This document shows, piece after piece, positions 31,183-41,274 of a stretch of DNA of 64,000 nt (position 1 is the stretch's first letter; every line of letters starts with the position of its first letter). The notes beneath the pieces were generated by a model that was not told the DNA's origin, ran no database searches, and saw only the letters and a list, made by a program, of their open reading frames with translations. The position numbers and the translations under genes are program-made. This DNA comes from Nostoc sp. DedSLP01 (GTDB lineage Bacteria > Cyanobacteriota > Cyanobacteriia > Cyanobacteriales > Nostocaceae), in the NCBI GenBank assembly GCA_034530875.2, contig JAVRCJ020000003.1, positions 256,001 through 320,000 of the forward strand. Reading direction: 5' to 3'.

Positions 31183-32504
31183 GAAAGTTTCGCTACGGCT
31201 TCTTTAAATTCTGGAATTCCTTGAATCAATGGATGAATATCATACCAACGCTGCATCTCTCCATCATCATCCAAATAACGGTATTCTAAAAGACATCGGT
31301 TATACATCAAACTCTTATACAAATCATCATTAATAATCCGTTTAGAACAAGACACTTCAGCTAACAAAGTCCATTGATGGTTTTCGACAGCGCGGCGAAA
31401 AGTATCTCTAGCCTGAGTAATCGCTCGTCGCACCGCCTTTTCTGAAACAGGTAATTCTTCAGTGCGTCCAATGGCATCTTGAGTTAACAATAGCAAATTT
31501 CTCACATGACCTCCACTCATTAAACAAAGTCTGTCTAAAGTTTGGGGACTGTCAAAAATTTCCATTTCTAGTGATAGTTCCGGTGCAATTTGCCGGACTC
31601 TCCTATTAATTACTTCCTTAACTTTCTTGAGTCCTGGCTGATAAACTTCTCCTTTGAAAGTCTTTACCATAATCATCGGCAAAATTTGGGGGTCACCGTA
31701 AATATCCCTGAGGTCTGTTGCCCTTGTAGAATAGACCATTGAAATGGGAACAGTGTAAATCAAATGGCAATCTAAAGCTTGGAGTTGTTCGCTGCGGTCT
31801 AAAAAAACTTCTTCATGGTTAGTGCGTTCTTTGTCTTTAACTAATACCATCCGGTCTAAGTTATCGACAATTACTGCCAGTTTATTGTAGCCATTAGGTA
31901 AGTGCTGTTTTGCATCCGCTAAGAACTCATTTAAAACTTGAATTAAAGTTACAGTATAAGGATCGATTTTTTGGCGAATCTTCTGGCGTAATTCCGGAAC
32001 GGCTCTTAAATTTGCAGTTAACTTAGCAAACTGAGCAATTTGAGCTTCTACTCCTAGACTGTCAAATTCTATCGGAGTCTGTGCTAAATCTTTTAAATCT
32101 TCCCAACGACTTTTTAACCAGTCGAGTATAGGACGAGGACTAGCAATTTCTTTTAAATCTTTAAGCAAACGGCGGGTACAGGCGAGGAGAATATCTGTAT
32201 ATTGGGCATCTTCAGAATCGATATCTTCTTCATCAGCCGCAAAATATACAACATAAAATTTGCGATTTTCTAAATATTTCTTTAACCTAAGTAATTCTGT
32301 AGACTTACCTGCACCCCGATGACCAGAATACAATTGACAAGTATTTGTATTTGACAATTGCATCCGATTTCCCAACTCTTGCAAAATATCTGCATCTCCC
32401 CGCACATCCTGACAATCTACATATTTTGGATCGCCTGCGGGTAAAGGTTCAAAGGGGTTAAAAGCGTTGTAGAGTTTTGCGAGTAAGTCATGATTATTAA
32501 TCAT
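31179..32504 (-). CDS. P-loop ATPase (AAA/STAND-like) coupled to the TPR gene
   Basis: Walker A GHRGAGKS, Walker B VIVDNLD, SGGHVR; ATGA overlap with TPR gene; start moved to ATG 32504. Confidence 0.88.
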   Translation of the reverse strand: MINNHDLLAKLYNAFNPFEPLPAGDPKYVDCQDVRGDADILQELGNRMQLSNTNTCQLYSGHRGAGKSTELLRLKKYLENRKFYVVYFAADEEDIDSEDAQYTDILLACTRRLLKDLKEIASPRPILDWLKSRWEDLKDLAQTPIEFDSLGVEAQIAQFAKLTANLRAVPELRQKIRQKIDPYTVTLIQVLNEFLADAKQHLPNGYNKLAVIVDNLDRMVLVKDKERTNHEEVFLDRSEQLQALDCHLIYTVPISMVYSTRATDLRDIYGDPQILPMIMVKTFKGEVYQPGLKKVKEVINRRVRQIAPELSLEMEIFDSPQTLDRLCLMSGGHVRNLLLLTQDAIGRTEELPVSEKAVRRAITQARDTFRRAVENHQWTLLAEVSCSKRIINDDLYKSLMYNRCLLEYRYLDDDGEMQRWYDIHPLIQGIPEFKEAVAKLS

Positions 32505-32592
32505 AGGTAAAAAATATTTCAACCTGGCTCATAATAATCGAGATTATATAGCAATCGTACTTAAGCTGTGAAAGAAAATACTTATTACAAAT

Positions 32593-32721
32593 GATGCGTT
32601 AGGCTTTTTCCAATTTACCGACACTTCTAACTAATTCTTGCGCTTTTACTTGTTCTGTTTGTGCCACAAAACTGTTGCGTTTCTTGTTGGCAGTGGCGAT
32701 CGCGACATCTTCTTGAGCTAG
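32593..32721 (-). pseudogene. Decayed fragment of a flotillin-like gene
   Basis: Colinear with about 34956-35084; 69/80 identity over 32642-32721; in-frame stop. Confidence 0.8.
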
Positions 32722-32747
32722 CCCGCGGAAAAATACTTTCATAAAAC

Positions 32748-32780
32748 CAAAGCGAAGGATTGTGGAAATCCTTCGCTTTG
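32748..32780 (-). terminator. Terminator-like hairpin after the PEP-CTERM gene
   Basis: CAAAGCGAAGGATT-N5-AATCCTTCGCTTTG perfect 14-bp stem. Confidence 0.75.
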
Positions 32781-32832
32781 TAGGGAATACTTTTACAGAA
32801 AATTTGATTAACTTACCAAAGCAAACTTTCGT

Positions 32833-33585
32833 TTAAGCAGATTGCTTTGCAGTTTGCAATTTTTGGTTTTTACGTTTGCGTAGGAAGAATCCACCTACAG
32901 CTAGCATACCTAAAGTAACACTGGGTTCAGGCACAGTTTCAACACGAAATGTATGGTTGTCACTTTCAAAACCGCCACCTTCTGTCTGAGAAATTACAAT
33001 TTTATTAAAGGTATCATTTCCACCTTCTGAGAAAAACTCAAAGAAGCCATTCTTTTGACCGCCATGTTGCGAGGCTCCAACAGTAGCTGTATTATTTAAT
33101 ATGTCATAAGTTAATTCTTTGATTAAAGTAGTTCCGTTGAAGAACTTCAAAGTGTTACCTACACTCAGAGCACCTGCATCAAAACCGAAATAACTAAAAG
33201 TATTATTACCTTGAGCTTCAATGATGGTATCGCTATCAGAGAAAACTGCTAAATAATTGGTTTGATTGACTTCTGCATGAGCGCCAGAAGGTGCCCAAAC
33301 ATCCGAGTAAATACCAGTTTGACCAGAATAAGCTGTTGTTGAATAACTACCTTTAGAAAAAGAATATTTCACTAAGTCATTGCCTGGTACTTTATTATCA
33401 TTAAAATCAAAAGTTGTATAACCTGGGCTATTAACATTCGCAGAAAAAACACCTTCATTTACTTTTGTAGCATCTCGGTAAGATCCAGATTGATATGTAA
33501 ATCCTAAAGCATGTGCTGAACCCGCATAACTAATAGAAGCAATTATAGAGAGAACAGCAATGCTAGCAATTTTCTTAAAAGACAT
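32833..33585 (-). CDS. PEP-CTERM sorting-domain surface protein
   Basis: Signal peptide (AHA), FESDNH, VPEPS + TM segment + RKRK; start moved to ATG 33585. Confidence 0.92.
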   Translation of the reverse strand: MSFKKIASIAVLSIIASISYAGSAHALGFTYQSGSYRDATKVNEGVFSANVNSPGYTTFDFNDNKVPGNDLVKYSFSKGSYSTTAYSGQTGIYSDVWAPSGAHAEVNQTNYLAVFSDSDTIIEAQGNNTFSYFGFDAGALSVGNTLKFFNGTTLIKELTYDILNNTATVGASQHGGQKNGFFEFFSEGGNDTFNKIVISQTEGGGFESDNHTFRVETVPEPSVTLGMLAVGGFFLRKRKNQKLQTAKQSA

Positions 33586-33921
33586 GATTTTTTCCTGTTT
33601 TTCCTTTGTTCTAAATGAATTATGTAATTTGGTAACTACGAAATAACAGGGCAAAATCACTAGATTTATTTTTTCTACTTCAGTTAATATCTGAGTAGCA
33701 TTTTCAGGAATTTCAAACTTGAAAATGTTATTTATACTGGCAAAAAAATGAAGTTAGTATATTTATTTCAAAAGGATTATCAAATATCCGTAAGAGAACA
33801 TCTAATATATAAAGAAACTGTATTTTTTTATTTGCTATTTTGAAGATAAGATGAAGACTAGAGATAAATCGTATCTGTAGCAAAATGCAAATATGAATCG
33901 TTCACAACAGTAATATCTTCA

Positions 33922-34122
33922 GCTTGTGCGTTCTAATTTTGCAGCTTCTTAAGCAATTTCTCGTTAGTGACGGCGTTAGAAAGCATCAATTTGTATACCT
34001 TGCGATCGCTAAGACTCTCTTTTTAGGTTTGTAGTTCCCCAGCAATCATCGTTTGGCGTTTGTTGCATTCACTTTTCCAACTTCATCGGCTGTTTTAACA
34101 GATTCTTCAGGTTTCGCGTTTT
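33922..34122 (-). pseudogene. Second, more decayed flotillin-like fragment
   Basis: Colinear with about 34816-35005 (shared GAAAGCATCAATTT, GGCGTTTGTTGC); stops and indels. Confidence 0.7.
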
Positions 34123-34196
34123 TGATGCGAATTATATTTCACCAGGCTTGGGTTAAAGATTATTTCTGGAGATACACAAGATTGCAACTGGGTGAG

Positions 34197-34225
34197 GGTG
34201 GGTACAGCTAGCTGTACCCACCTAC
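34197..34225. repeat. REP-like hairpin
   Basis: GGTGGGTACAGC-TA-GCTGTACCCACC followed by TAC. Confidence 0.65.
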
Positions 34226-34367
34226 CGTATAATTCATTTACTTTAGAAATGCAATTTGATTTATCGCCTCTCTACATGAGGAATTAGGTTTATCTGAACT
34301 GTATTGAATTCTATTCATTGCTTACTCTTTGTAAATCACCCTTATAAAACTGAGTGACAAATTATTT

Positions 34368-36311
34368 TCATTCAATTTCTGTCTTGTTTTCGATGACCGT
34401 TGGTGTTGGAAGTGTTTCTAAAACCTGGCTTGGTGTACTAGTTATTACGGGATTATTCCCACGCACTAGCTGATTGATTTGAGCGATTAATTCTCCTAGT
34501 TTACCTTCATCAAGTAAGGTGTTTATTAGGGAAAGTCCACTAGTAGATAGTAGTAATTTGTTAATATCTTGGCTGCCGCTACTGCCATTTGCACCAGGGA
34601 ATGAGTAAATGCGAGTATCTCCTAGAACTCCCGGTTGCGGTGCTAAAGCAGTAACAATTTCTGGTAGCTTGTCGGCTAATTCTGGCCAAATAGTTGTAAT
34701 AATTTTGGCGGTGAGATTGGCATTACTAATGGAATTTTCAGCGGCGATTTTAGCGCGAATCCCTTCGGCTTCTGCTAAAATTTGGTCGCGGTTAGCTGCT
34801 GCTAAGGTGCGAATTGCTTCTGCTTCTAACTCTGCTGCTTCTTGGGCAATTTCTGCTTGACGGCGGCGGCGGAAAGCATCAATTTCTACAACGTTACGAT
34901 CGCCAATACTCTTTTCTTGCGCTTCTCGTTCCGCAGCAATAGTTGACAGGCGTTTGTTGCGTTCGGCTTTTTCCACTTCACTAGCTGTCTTCACTGATTC
35001 CTCGGCTTTGGCTTGTTCTGCTTGTGCGACAAAGCTTTCGCGTTTTTTATTGGCAATGGCGATCGCTACATCTTCTTGAGCTAGTTTTGCTAGTCGTTCT
35101 GACTCAACTATCTGGACTTGTGCTTGTAGTTTTCCTGATTCTACAGTTTGTTGGCGTGTAATCTCTGCTAGTTCTGATTCTTGTTTTTGCAGTGCTTGTA
35201 CTACCTTTAGCTGTTTATTGCGTTCTTCAAGTGCGATATCAGCTTCAATTTGACTTTGTTGCACCGATAAATTTTTGCGGATTTCTTCTTCTTCAACTGA
35301 TTTTTCCTGCAAGATTTTAGTTCGGCGGACTGCTGCTGCTTCCCTATCTTTGGATTCTTGGATTTCCCGTTCTCGCTGTGCTTTTAGGGCTTCTACTTGT
35401 AATTTTTGCTCTAGTTTCGCACTTTCTTGTTCTTGGGCAATTTGTAGCGATCGCTTTTGAGCATCCAGTTCTTTTTGCTCAATTGTCACCTGTGCTGCTA
35501 ACTCAACTTCTCGTTTTTGTTGAATCGAACGCTGAATAATTTCGGTTCGCAAGCGCACGCCTTGGGCATCAAAAAAGTTATCTGGATCGTAGGTAACACT
35601 TTCTAATATTTCGGAAATGGCAATATTATTTAAAGTTAAGCCGACTTTTTTCAAATCTGTCCCAACTAAGTTTAGTACTTCTTGAGCAAACCCCAATTTA
35701 TCAGAATCAATTTCTGCTAAATCCTTAGTTTTAGCTGCCGCCCTAATCGCGTCATCTGCTCTTTTCTCTAAAGCATTTTTGATATCTTCCGGAGTAATTT
35801 TAGTACCATTTTGGGATAATCTAGCCGCTGCTGTCAAAACATCTTCTTCCGAGGCATTAATACAAACATAAAAAGTCACGCGAATATCTGCTCGTAAGTA
35901 ATCTTTAGTCCGGACTGCAAGTTTACCAGTTCGTTCCACATCAATAGAAATTTCTCGCAGAGGTACGCGTGTCAGCTGATGGAATCCAGGTAAAACAATA
36001 CAACCACCATAAAGAATTACTGCTTTCTTTTTAATAAAAAGACCCCCAGTTCTCACGAAAGCTTCGTTGTTAGGTGTCACTACATAAACCCGTGTATAAG
36101 CAAACAAGCTGAGTAATAGTAATAAAACTAACCCAGCAATGATTGCTGGAAATACTAATCCACCATTGAGTTGAGCAAAATTAGGCATAATTTTTACTGG
36201 AAGTGTTTGGTCAATTAATGTTATTTGTTTTTGTTGTTGTAACTTAATCTGTGGAACTTCAGCTATTTTGACACTCGGTAAAGACTGGATAAAAGTCAAC
36301 CAAAAAAGCAT
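34368..36311 (-). CDS. SPFH/flotillin-family protein (YqiK-like)
   Basis: TM segment, AFVRTG, Band7 domain (RTKD.LRAD..VTFYV), NFFDAQG, long EA-rich coiled coil. Confidence 0.92.
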   Translation of the reverse strand: MLFWLTFIQSLPSVKIAEVPQIKLQQQKQITLIDQTLPVKIMPNFAQLNGGLVFPAIIAGLVLLLLLSLFAYTRVYVVTPNNEAFVRTGGLFIKKKAVILYGGCIVLPGFHQLTRVPLREISIDVERTGKLAVRTKDYLRADIRVTFYVCINASEEDVLTAAARLSQNGTKITPEDIKNALEKRADDAIRAAAKTKDLAEIDSDKLGFAQEVLNLVGTDLKKVGLTLNNIAISEILESVTYDPDNFFDAQGVRLRTEIIQRSIQQKREVELAAQVTIEQKELDAQKRSLQIAQEQESAKLEQKLQVEALKAQREREIQESKDREAAAVRRTKILQEKSVEEEEIRKNLSVQQSQIEADIALEERNKQLKVVQALQKQESELAEITRQQTVESGKLQAQVQIVESERLAKLAQEDVAIAIANKKRESFVAQAEQAKAEESVKTASEVEKAERNKRLSTIAAEREAQEKSIGDRNVVEIDAFRRRRQAEIAQEAAELEAEAIRTLAAANRDQILAEAEGIRAKIAAENSISNANLTAKIITTIWPELADKLPEIVTALAPQPGVLGDTRIYSFPGANGSSGSQDINKLLLSTSGLSLINTLLDEGKLGELIAQINQLVRGNNPVITSTPSQVLETLPTPTVIENKTEIE

Positions 36312-36323
36312 GTTATTTTCCTC

Positions 36324-37019
36324 TTAAGAATTTGAATCTCTTCGAGATGAATTATTTAACCAGCGTTCTTCGTCAGGGCTGTCTTTAGCAATAACTACAT
36401 AAATTTGTGCTTTGTGTTCGATAATTAAAACTCTTTCTGTGCGCTGCGGTGCAATAGTTGCCCAGTCTGCTAAAACAGCACTAACTGTCAAAAGATTCCG
36501 TTTTCCATCCAGCACATCTACTTGTCCAATCTTGCTTTGGTTTTCGATGGGAATATAAGCAGATGTCACAATTCCAACGCAACCGATTAAGCGATCGCTA
36601 CTTACATCCTCGCCAAACTCGGCAAATATTTTGCCAATTGGTCGCGCTATCAATCCTCCTAATATTAAGCTAATAATTAGCGAACCAAATAATATAATGC
36701 TTGCAATCAAACCATCAATATTATTATTGCCACCACCAAACCAAACATTTAACATCCAGCCGATAATGCCCCACAAACTCAAATCTGTAGCGAGTAACAA
36801 TATCAATGGAGCTTTGCCAATCCCAGCCCATCCCAGGAATTGCCCAAAACTCAATTCGTGATTGCTATCTGCGTCTACATCTGCATCTACGTCCACATCC
36901 ACGTCTGCATCAATATCGACATCTTCCCCTCCTCCACCAGAAACGATCGTAAAAAAGAACAGCAAGACTCCCATCCCTAGAAAAATCCAATAGGGCAAGT
37001 TGTTGAAGCTAAACAGCAT
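36324..37019 (-). CDS. YqiJ/DUF1449 NfeD-like OB-fold membrane partner of flotillin
   Basis: TM segments, D(A/V)D(V/I)D tract, GIGKAP; 12 bp upstream of flotillin. Confidence 0.82.
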   Translation of the reverse strand: MLFSFNNLPYWIFLGMGVLLFFFTIVSGGGGEDVDIDADVDVDVDADVDADSNHELSFGQFLGWAGIGKAPLILLLATDLSLWGIIGWMLNVWFGGGNNNIDGLIASIILFGSLIISLILGGLIARPIGKIFAEFGEDVSSDRLIGCVGIVTSAYIPIENQSKIGQVDVLDGKRNLLTVSAVLADWATIAPQRTERVLIIEHKAQIYVVIAKDSPDEERWLNNSSRRDSNS

Positions 37020-37446
37020 AATATTTCGTAAAAGATATGTGCTGGTAGTTTGGAAAATTTAATACTCTTAAAACTCGCTAGTAAAAGTCTCTACGTGAGA
37101 GCAAAACTGATAAAAGCCTATGAATAGGTGGCTTTAATACCCCTACTTTATAAATTGCTGAATTCTAGATTTTGGCTCACGATTTCATTATACTACATAA
37201 ATAATACATAACAATCTATATCCATTTTGTGAGTAGTTACTTATAAATAAAGAAATAGAATTATTTATCTGATAAAATAATCAAAAACTTAAATTAATTC
37301 AAGAATTAGCAACTTAAATTTAGTAAATATAAAGATACTTTACATCAGATTCTAAAGCTAGCCCGAGAGCCTATGCTAATTCAGAATTCTGACTAATGAA
37401 TTCTGCTATAATCCGCCAAAAACATCTATTTCGCAATAGATCTGCT

Positions 37447-38298
37447 ATGTCTGCTCAAGTTAAATATTCTAAATACCACGCTCTCGGAAACGATTATCTA
37501 GTTATTTCTCCTCAAGAATTAGCATTTGAATTAACCCCAGAAAAAATTGAGCGAATTTGTCATCGCAACTTTGGAATTGGCTCAGACGGCATTTTGTTTG
37601 GGCCGTTACCATCCAACGATGCCAAATTTGGATTGCGGATTTTTAACCCAGATGGCAGCGAGGCAGAAAAGAGTGGCAACGGGTTGAGAATCTTTTCTCG
37701 CTATTTGTGGGATAACCAGCTTGTTGGAGAAGAAGAGTTTGATATTAAGACCCTTGGCGGACGAGTCAAAGCGCGGGTTACTCAGTCGGGTAAAAGTGTT
37801 CGAGTAGACATGGGTCGTGTCAGTTTCCAAAGTGAAAAGATTCCGGTTACAGGACACTCCAGAGAAGTTCTCGCAGAAAGTATTACGATTGCCGACCGAA
37901 CCTTTAGCTTTTGTGCAGCCACAATTGGCAATCCACACTGCGTTATTCAGTTACCGGAAGTTACGCCCGAAATCGCCAAGCAGTATGGTTCTTTGTTAGA
38001 AGTTCATCCTTACTTTCCCAACCGTACCAACGTTCAGTTTATGAAAGTTCTCGATCGCCAAAATATTCAAATTGAGATTTGGGAAAGAGGAGCAGGTTAC
38101 ACTTTAGCATCTGGCAGTAGCAGCAGTGCAGCCGCAGCTGTTGCCCACAAATTGAACCTGTGCGATTCAGAGATTGCAGTTCATGCACCAGGAGGACAAA
38201 TTGCGATCGCCATTAGTGACGATTTTATGGTTGCCATGACAGGTACCGTCACCAAAGTAGCTGACGGCTTAATGTCAATGGAAGTATTTGAGTATTGA
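37447..38298 (+). CDS. dapF: Diaminopimelate epimerase-family protein with Ser/Ser active site
   Basis: KYHALGNDY, FGIGSDG, NPDGS, GNPH, TNVQF, WERGAG; KSGNG and ASGSS at the catalytic positions; start may be 37396. Confidence 0.88.
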   Translation: MSAQVKYSKYHALGNDYLVISPQELAFELTPEKIERICHRNFGIGSDGILFGPLPSNDAKFGLRIFNPDGSEAEKSGNGLRIFSRYLWDNQLVGEEEFDIKTLGGRVKARVTQSGKSVRVDMGRVSFQSEKIPVTGHSREVLAESITIADRTFSFCAATIGNPHCVIQLPEVTPEIAKQYGSLLEVHPYFPNRTNVQFMKVLDRQNIQIEIWERGAGYTLASGSSSSAAAAVAHKLNLCDSEIAVHAPGGQIAIAISDDFMVAMTGTVTKVADGLMSMEVFEY

Positions 38299-38299
38299 A

Positions 38300-38458
38300 T
38301 ATTGGGCATGGGGCATTGGAAAGCAGGAGGTGTGGGAGGAGAGAGAGGTGTGGGAGGTGTGGGAGGATGGGGAAGAAATCTTTCCCCCCACACTCCCCAC
38401 ACTCCCCACACTCCCCAGACTCCCCACACTCCCCACACTCCCCTGCTCCCTGCCCATC
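38300..38458. repeat. STRR/nonamer repeat array in inverted arrangement
   Basis: GGTGTGGGA units versus CTCCCCACA units. Confidence 0.85.
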
Positions 38459-40651
38459 TCACTGCGTCGGCAGTTTTGGATGTGCGGTCGAGTACTTGCC
38501 CACGATGCTAGAAATCTCAGGGTTATAAAGTCTGAGATAATTCCAGTAATTGCCAAATACTTGACGCACATAATTTTTGGTTTCGTCAAAGGGGATGTCT
38601 TCGACAAACTCATCTGGATCTTGTGTAGTCAGAGTTTGCAGCCATTTGGAGACATTGCCAGGCCCAGCATTGTAACTAGCGATCGCCAGTAAGGAATTAT
38701 TGTTATATTGCTGATGCGTATGATCCAGGTACCATGTACCCAGCATGATGTTGTCATTGGGATTTTCTAGATTTATTGTTTTGCTATCCACCTTGATTTG
38801 TGGGGCAATCCATTGAGCCGTACTCGGCAATAATTGCATTAAGCCAGTAGCATTGGCCACAGATTTAATTTTTGGTTGAAATCTGGATTCTTGACGAATT
38901 AAAGCAGTGACTAACAGAGGATTTAGCTGACGTTCGGCAGACCATTTTTCAATTTCTCGCAGATAAGGAAATGGATAACGAGCTTGCCAATAAGTGATTT
39001 GTTTGCTTAGAGTTTGATATTCCGCTTGTTCTGCTGGTATTTCCCGGTCTTCCAATTTAGAAATTTTGTCAATGCCGATGAGATTTTCTCCCCTTGCCAG
39101 TTGCATCAATCCTTCAGTAAATTGTTCTGCTACCGTTGGCTGAAGTTTGTTCTGAAATTCTGTTTGCCACTGTAACCAAGCATCGCGGTCTTGACCCAAC
39201 AGATACAATTCTTTGAAAGTCTCAGAACCCGCAGGAGGTAACGAACGCTGGGATGCGACTACTTCGGGTTTCATCGAACGCACGGTGTCAAAGTTGCCGA
39301 CATTCAACCCTAACATCGTAGCCGATCGCCATGCATAGTAAGAGTAGGGAAACTGGCTGACTACATATTCATAAGCAGTTTGAGATTCCTGCTGTTTTCC
39401 TAGTAAACCTGCCCATTTACCTACCCAAAAACCTGCTCTCGGAGCCAAAATACTGTTGGGGTTGTTGGTAACAATTGGTTCTGCCCATTGCCACGCATCG
39501 AGGTAATCTTTGGCGTTAGCTTTATCTTGGGCAATTTTCCAGCGATATTCTGCCGCTTCGTCAGAATTCCCGTACTTGCCTAAAAGTAACTGCCACGCCG
39601 AACTCGCTGACTTTTGATCCTTGAGTGCTTGCAGAGTTTTGGCTTTTTGTACCAGTGCAGTACTAGCCCGGTCGGGAAACTTACTAATTACCTGGTCAAG
39701 ATAAGGTAAGCCTTCTTTGGGAGTTTTTGCCATTTCTGCCAATCGCAGCAGTGCAGTTCCAGTTTCTTTGGCATTTGGAAATTGTTGCACCAATTGTTTA
39801 TAGGTGGCGATGGCTTTTTCTTTATCTTTACCTCCTACCTGTAACCCCCGTGCAGTGCGGTAAAGGTTCTGGGCTGTTTTCGGTGCTTTGGCATAAGCAT
39901 TGCCGGCTTTGAGAAATTGACTATTTTCCCAATAGGCTGTACCTATGAGTTCCCAGTCTTCAAGTTTGAGAGTAGTCTGTTTGACTAACGCATCCAAAAC
40001 GCCTACTATACCTGGTTGGTCGTAAGCGTATTTCGCCAAAATCAACTGTAATTTTGGCTGATTGGGATTCTGTTGCAAACGTTGGCGGATAATTTCCCAA
40101 GTCAAAGGATTAGAAGGAAATTCAGCGATCGCGATTTCCTGTTGCTTTGGTTGGGCAATTAGATATAAGGCTTTGGCTGCGGCTGCTTCTTTGGGATAGA
40201 CTTTTAGGACTTTCTGCCTGAGATCCGAGGCTTTGCCATCCTCGCCCAACATATCCTGTGCTTGGGCTTGTTTTAGCAAAATGTAAGGCGCGAGAATGGG
40301 ATAGTCATTCTCTAGTCCTTCCAATAAAGCTAGGGCTTTTTTCCCTTGGGTTCTTTCAATATAATCGCTAGCCAAAAGATAACGAGCGCGATTTCTATCT
40401 GGCGATCGCGACCCTTGAGCAATGGCTGCTAGTTTTGCCGCCCGTTCTGGCAGAGATTGTGATATCAGTGGAAATACAGCTGATTGGCCAACGCGATCCG
40501 ATGTTTGTTCTACACGAGCGTTACCCAATTTCAGCCATTGTCCCAAAGATTTGCCAATTTCAGGCGCTGATACCATTGCCCCAGCCGAAAAGGCAAACAG
40601 TGCCGCAGCCGCGATGATTGAAATTTGCTTTTTCTGTAGTTTCTTCAGCAT
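38459..40651 (-). CDS. slt: Soluble lytic transglycosylase with TPR-like repeats
   Basis: IRQESRF, ATGLMQL, ASYNAGPG, IPFDETKNYV. Confidence 0.93.
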   Translation of the reverse strand: MLKKLQKKQISIIAAAALFAFSAGAMVSAPEIGKSLGQWLKLGNARVEQTSDRVGQSAVFPLISQSLPERAAKLAAIAQGSRSPDRNRARYLLASDYIERTQGKKALALLEGLENDYPILAPYILLKQAQAQDMLGEDGKASDLRQKVLKVYPKEAAAAKALYLIAQPKQQEIAIAEFPSNPLTWEIIRQRLQQNPNQPKLQLILAKYAYDQPGIVGVLDALVKQTTLKLEDWELIGTAYWENSQFLKAGNAYAKAPKTAQNLYRTARGLQVGGKDKEKAIATYKQLVQQFPNAKETGTALLRLAEMAKTPKEGLPYLDQVISKFPDRASTALVQKAKTLQALKDQKSASSAWQLLLGKYGNSDEAAEYRWKIAQDKANAKDYLDAWQWAEPIVTNNPNSILAPRAGFWVGKWAGLLGKQQESQTAYEYVVSQFPYSYYAWRSATMLGLNVGNFDTVRSMKPEVVASQRSLPPAGSETFKELYLLGQDRDAWLQWQTEFQNKLQPTVAEQFTEGLMQLARGENLIGIDKISKLEDREIPAEQAEYQTLSKQITYWQARYPFPYLREIEKWSAERQLNPLLVTALIRQESRFQPKIKSVANATGLMQLLPSTAQWIAPQIKVDSKTINLENPNDNIMLGTWYLDHTHQQYNNNSLLAIASYNAGPGNVSKWLQTLTTQDPDEFVEDIPFDETKNYVRQVFGNYWNYLRLYNPEISSIVGKYSTAHPKLPTQ

Positions 40652-41274
40652 GAATACTCGCTGAAAATTTCCGATGAATTTCTTGAAACTTTAACACTCT
40701 TAACCATCAGTGTTACCAAATTTTTAATTTTCGATTTTTAATTTTATGTACAAAAATAGTAATTTTCAATCTTACGGTTGACAGTATCGATTACTTAGCA
40801 TAACATTAAACACTATTACATCTGTCCCTGAGTTCAAAGTAACATTTTTTACATAATTAAATATTAATTGAATAAAGTTGATGAAATAGATTGCGTATTT
40901 GCTGCTTGGACAACTAATTTCATCTTATTTGCTGAATAAGGGGACTTGATAAGGGTTTTATTAGGGTTTGATTGCGAATCTTTTTAATAGTTTTCTTCAT
41001 GTCGCCTATTAGAATTTGTTGATAAATAACTCAATTTTTACTTTATAAATAGCATTTAAAGATGGCTATAAAGTAATAAAAAGGCTCAATTAGAAATTTA
41101 AAAAAAGTAATAGCATTTTTGATTTGAGATTTAGAGCGGTCGCAATTCACGAGAGACGTAATAAGTGCGATCGCCTTTTGATTAAAAGTAGTGAGTTGTT
41201 CTGAGACTAAAAAAGCTGTCGGCATTCCTTTACATTAGAGATAATATTTCTATTATCAGTAATTCTGCACATCT

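Noticed and set aside
32593..35084. Flotillin and its partial copies as a DGR template/variable repeat pair
   Set aside because: Mismatches involve all four bases rather than adenines only, and there is no reverse transcriptase in the window
38181..38692. Overlapping low-complexity ORFs (WGVWGV, PTLPTL, PHSPHS)
   Set aside because: Translations of a 9-nt repeat array and of antisense slt/dapF. The ORFs at 1296-1514, 3550-3891, 5109-5457, 11833-12111 and 50170-50355 are similar repeat-derived artefacts.
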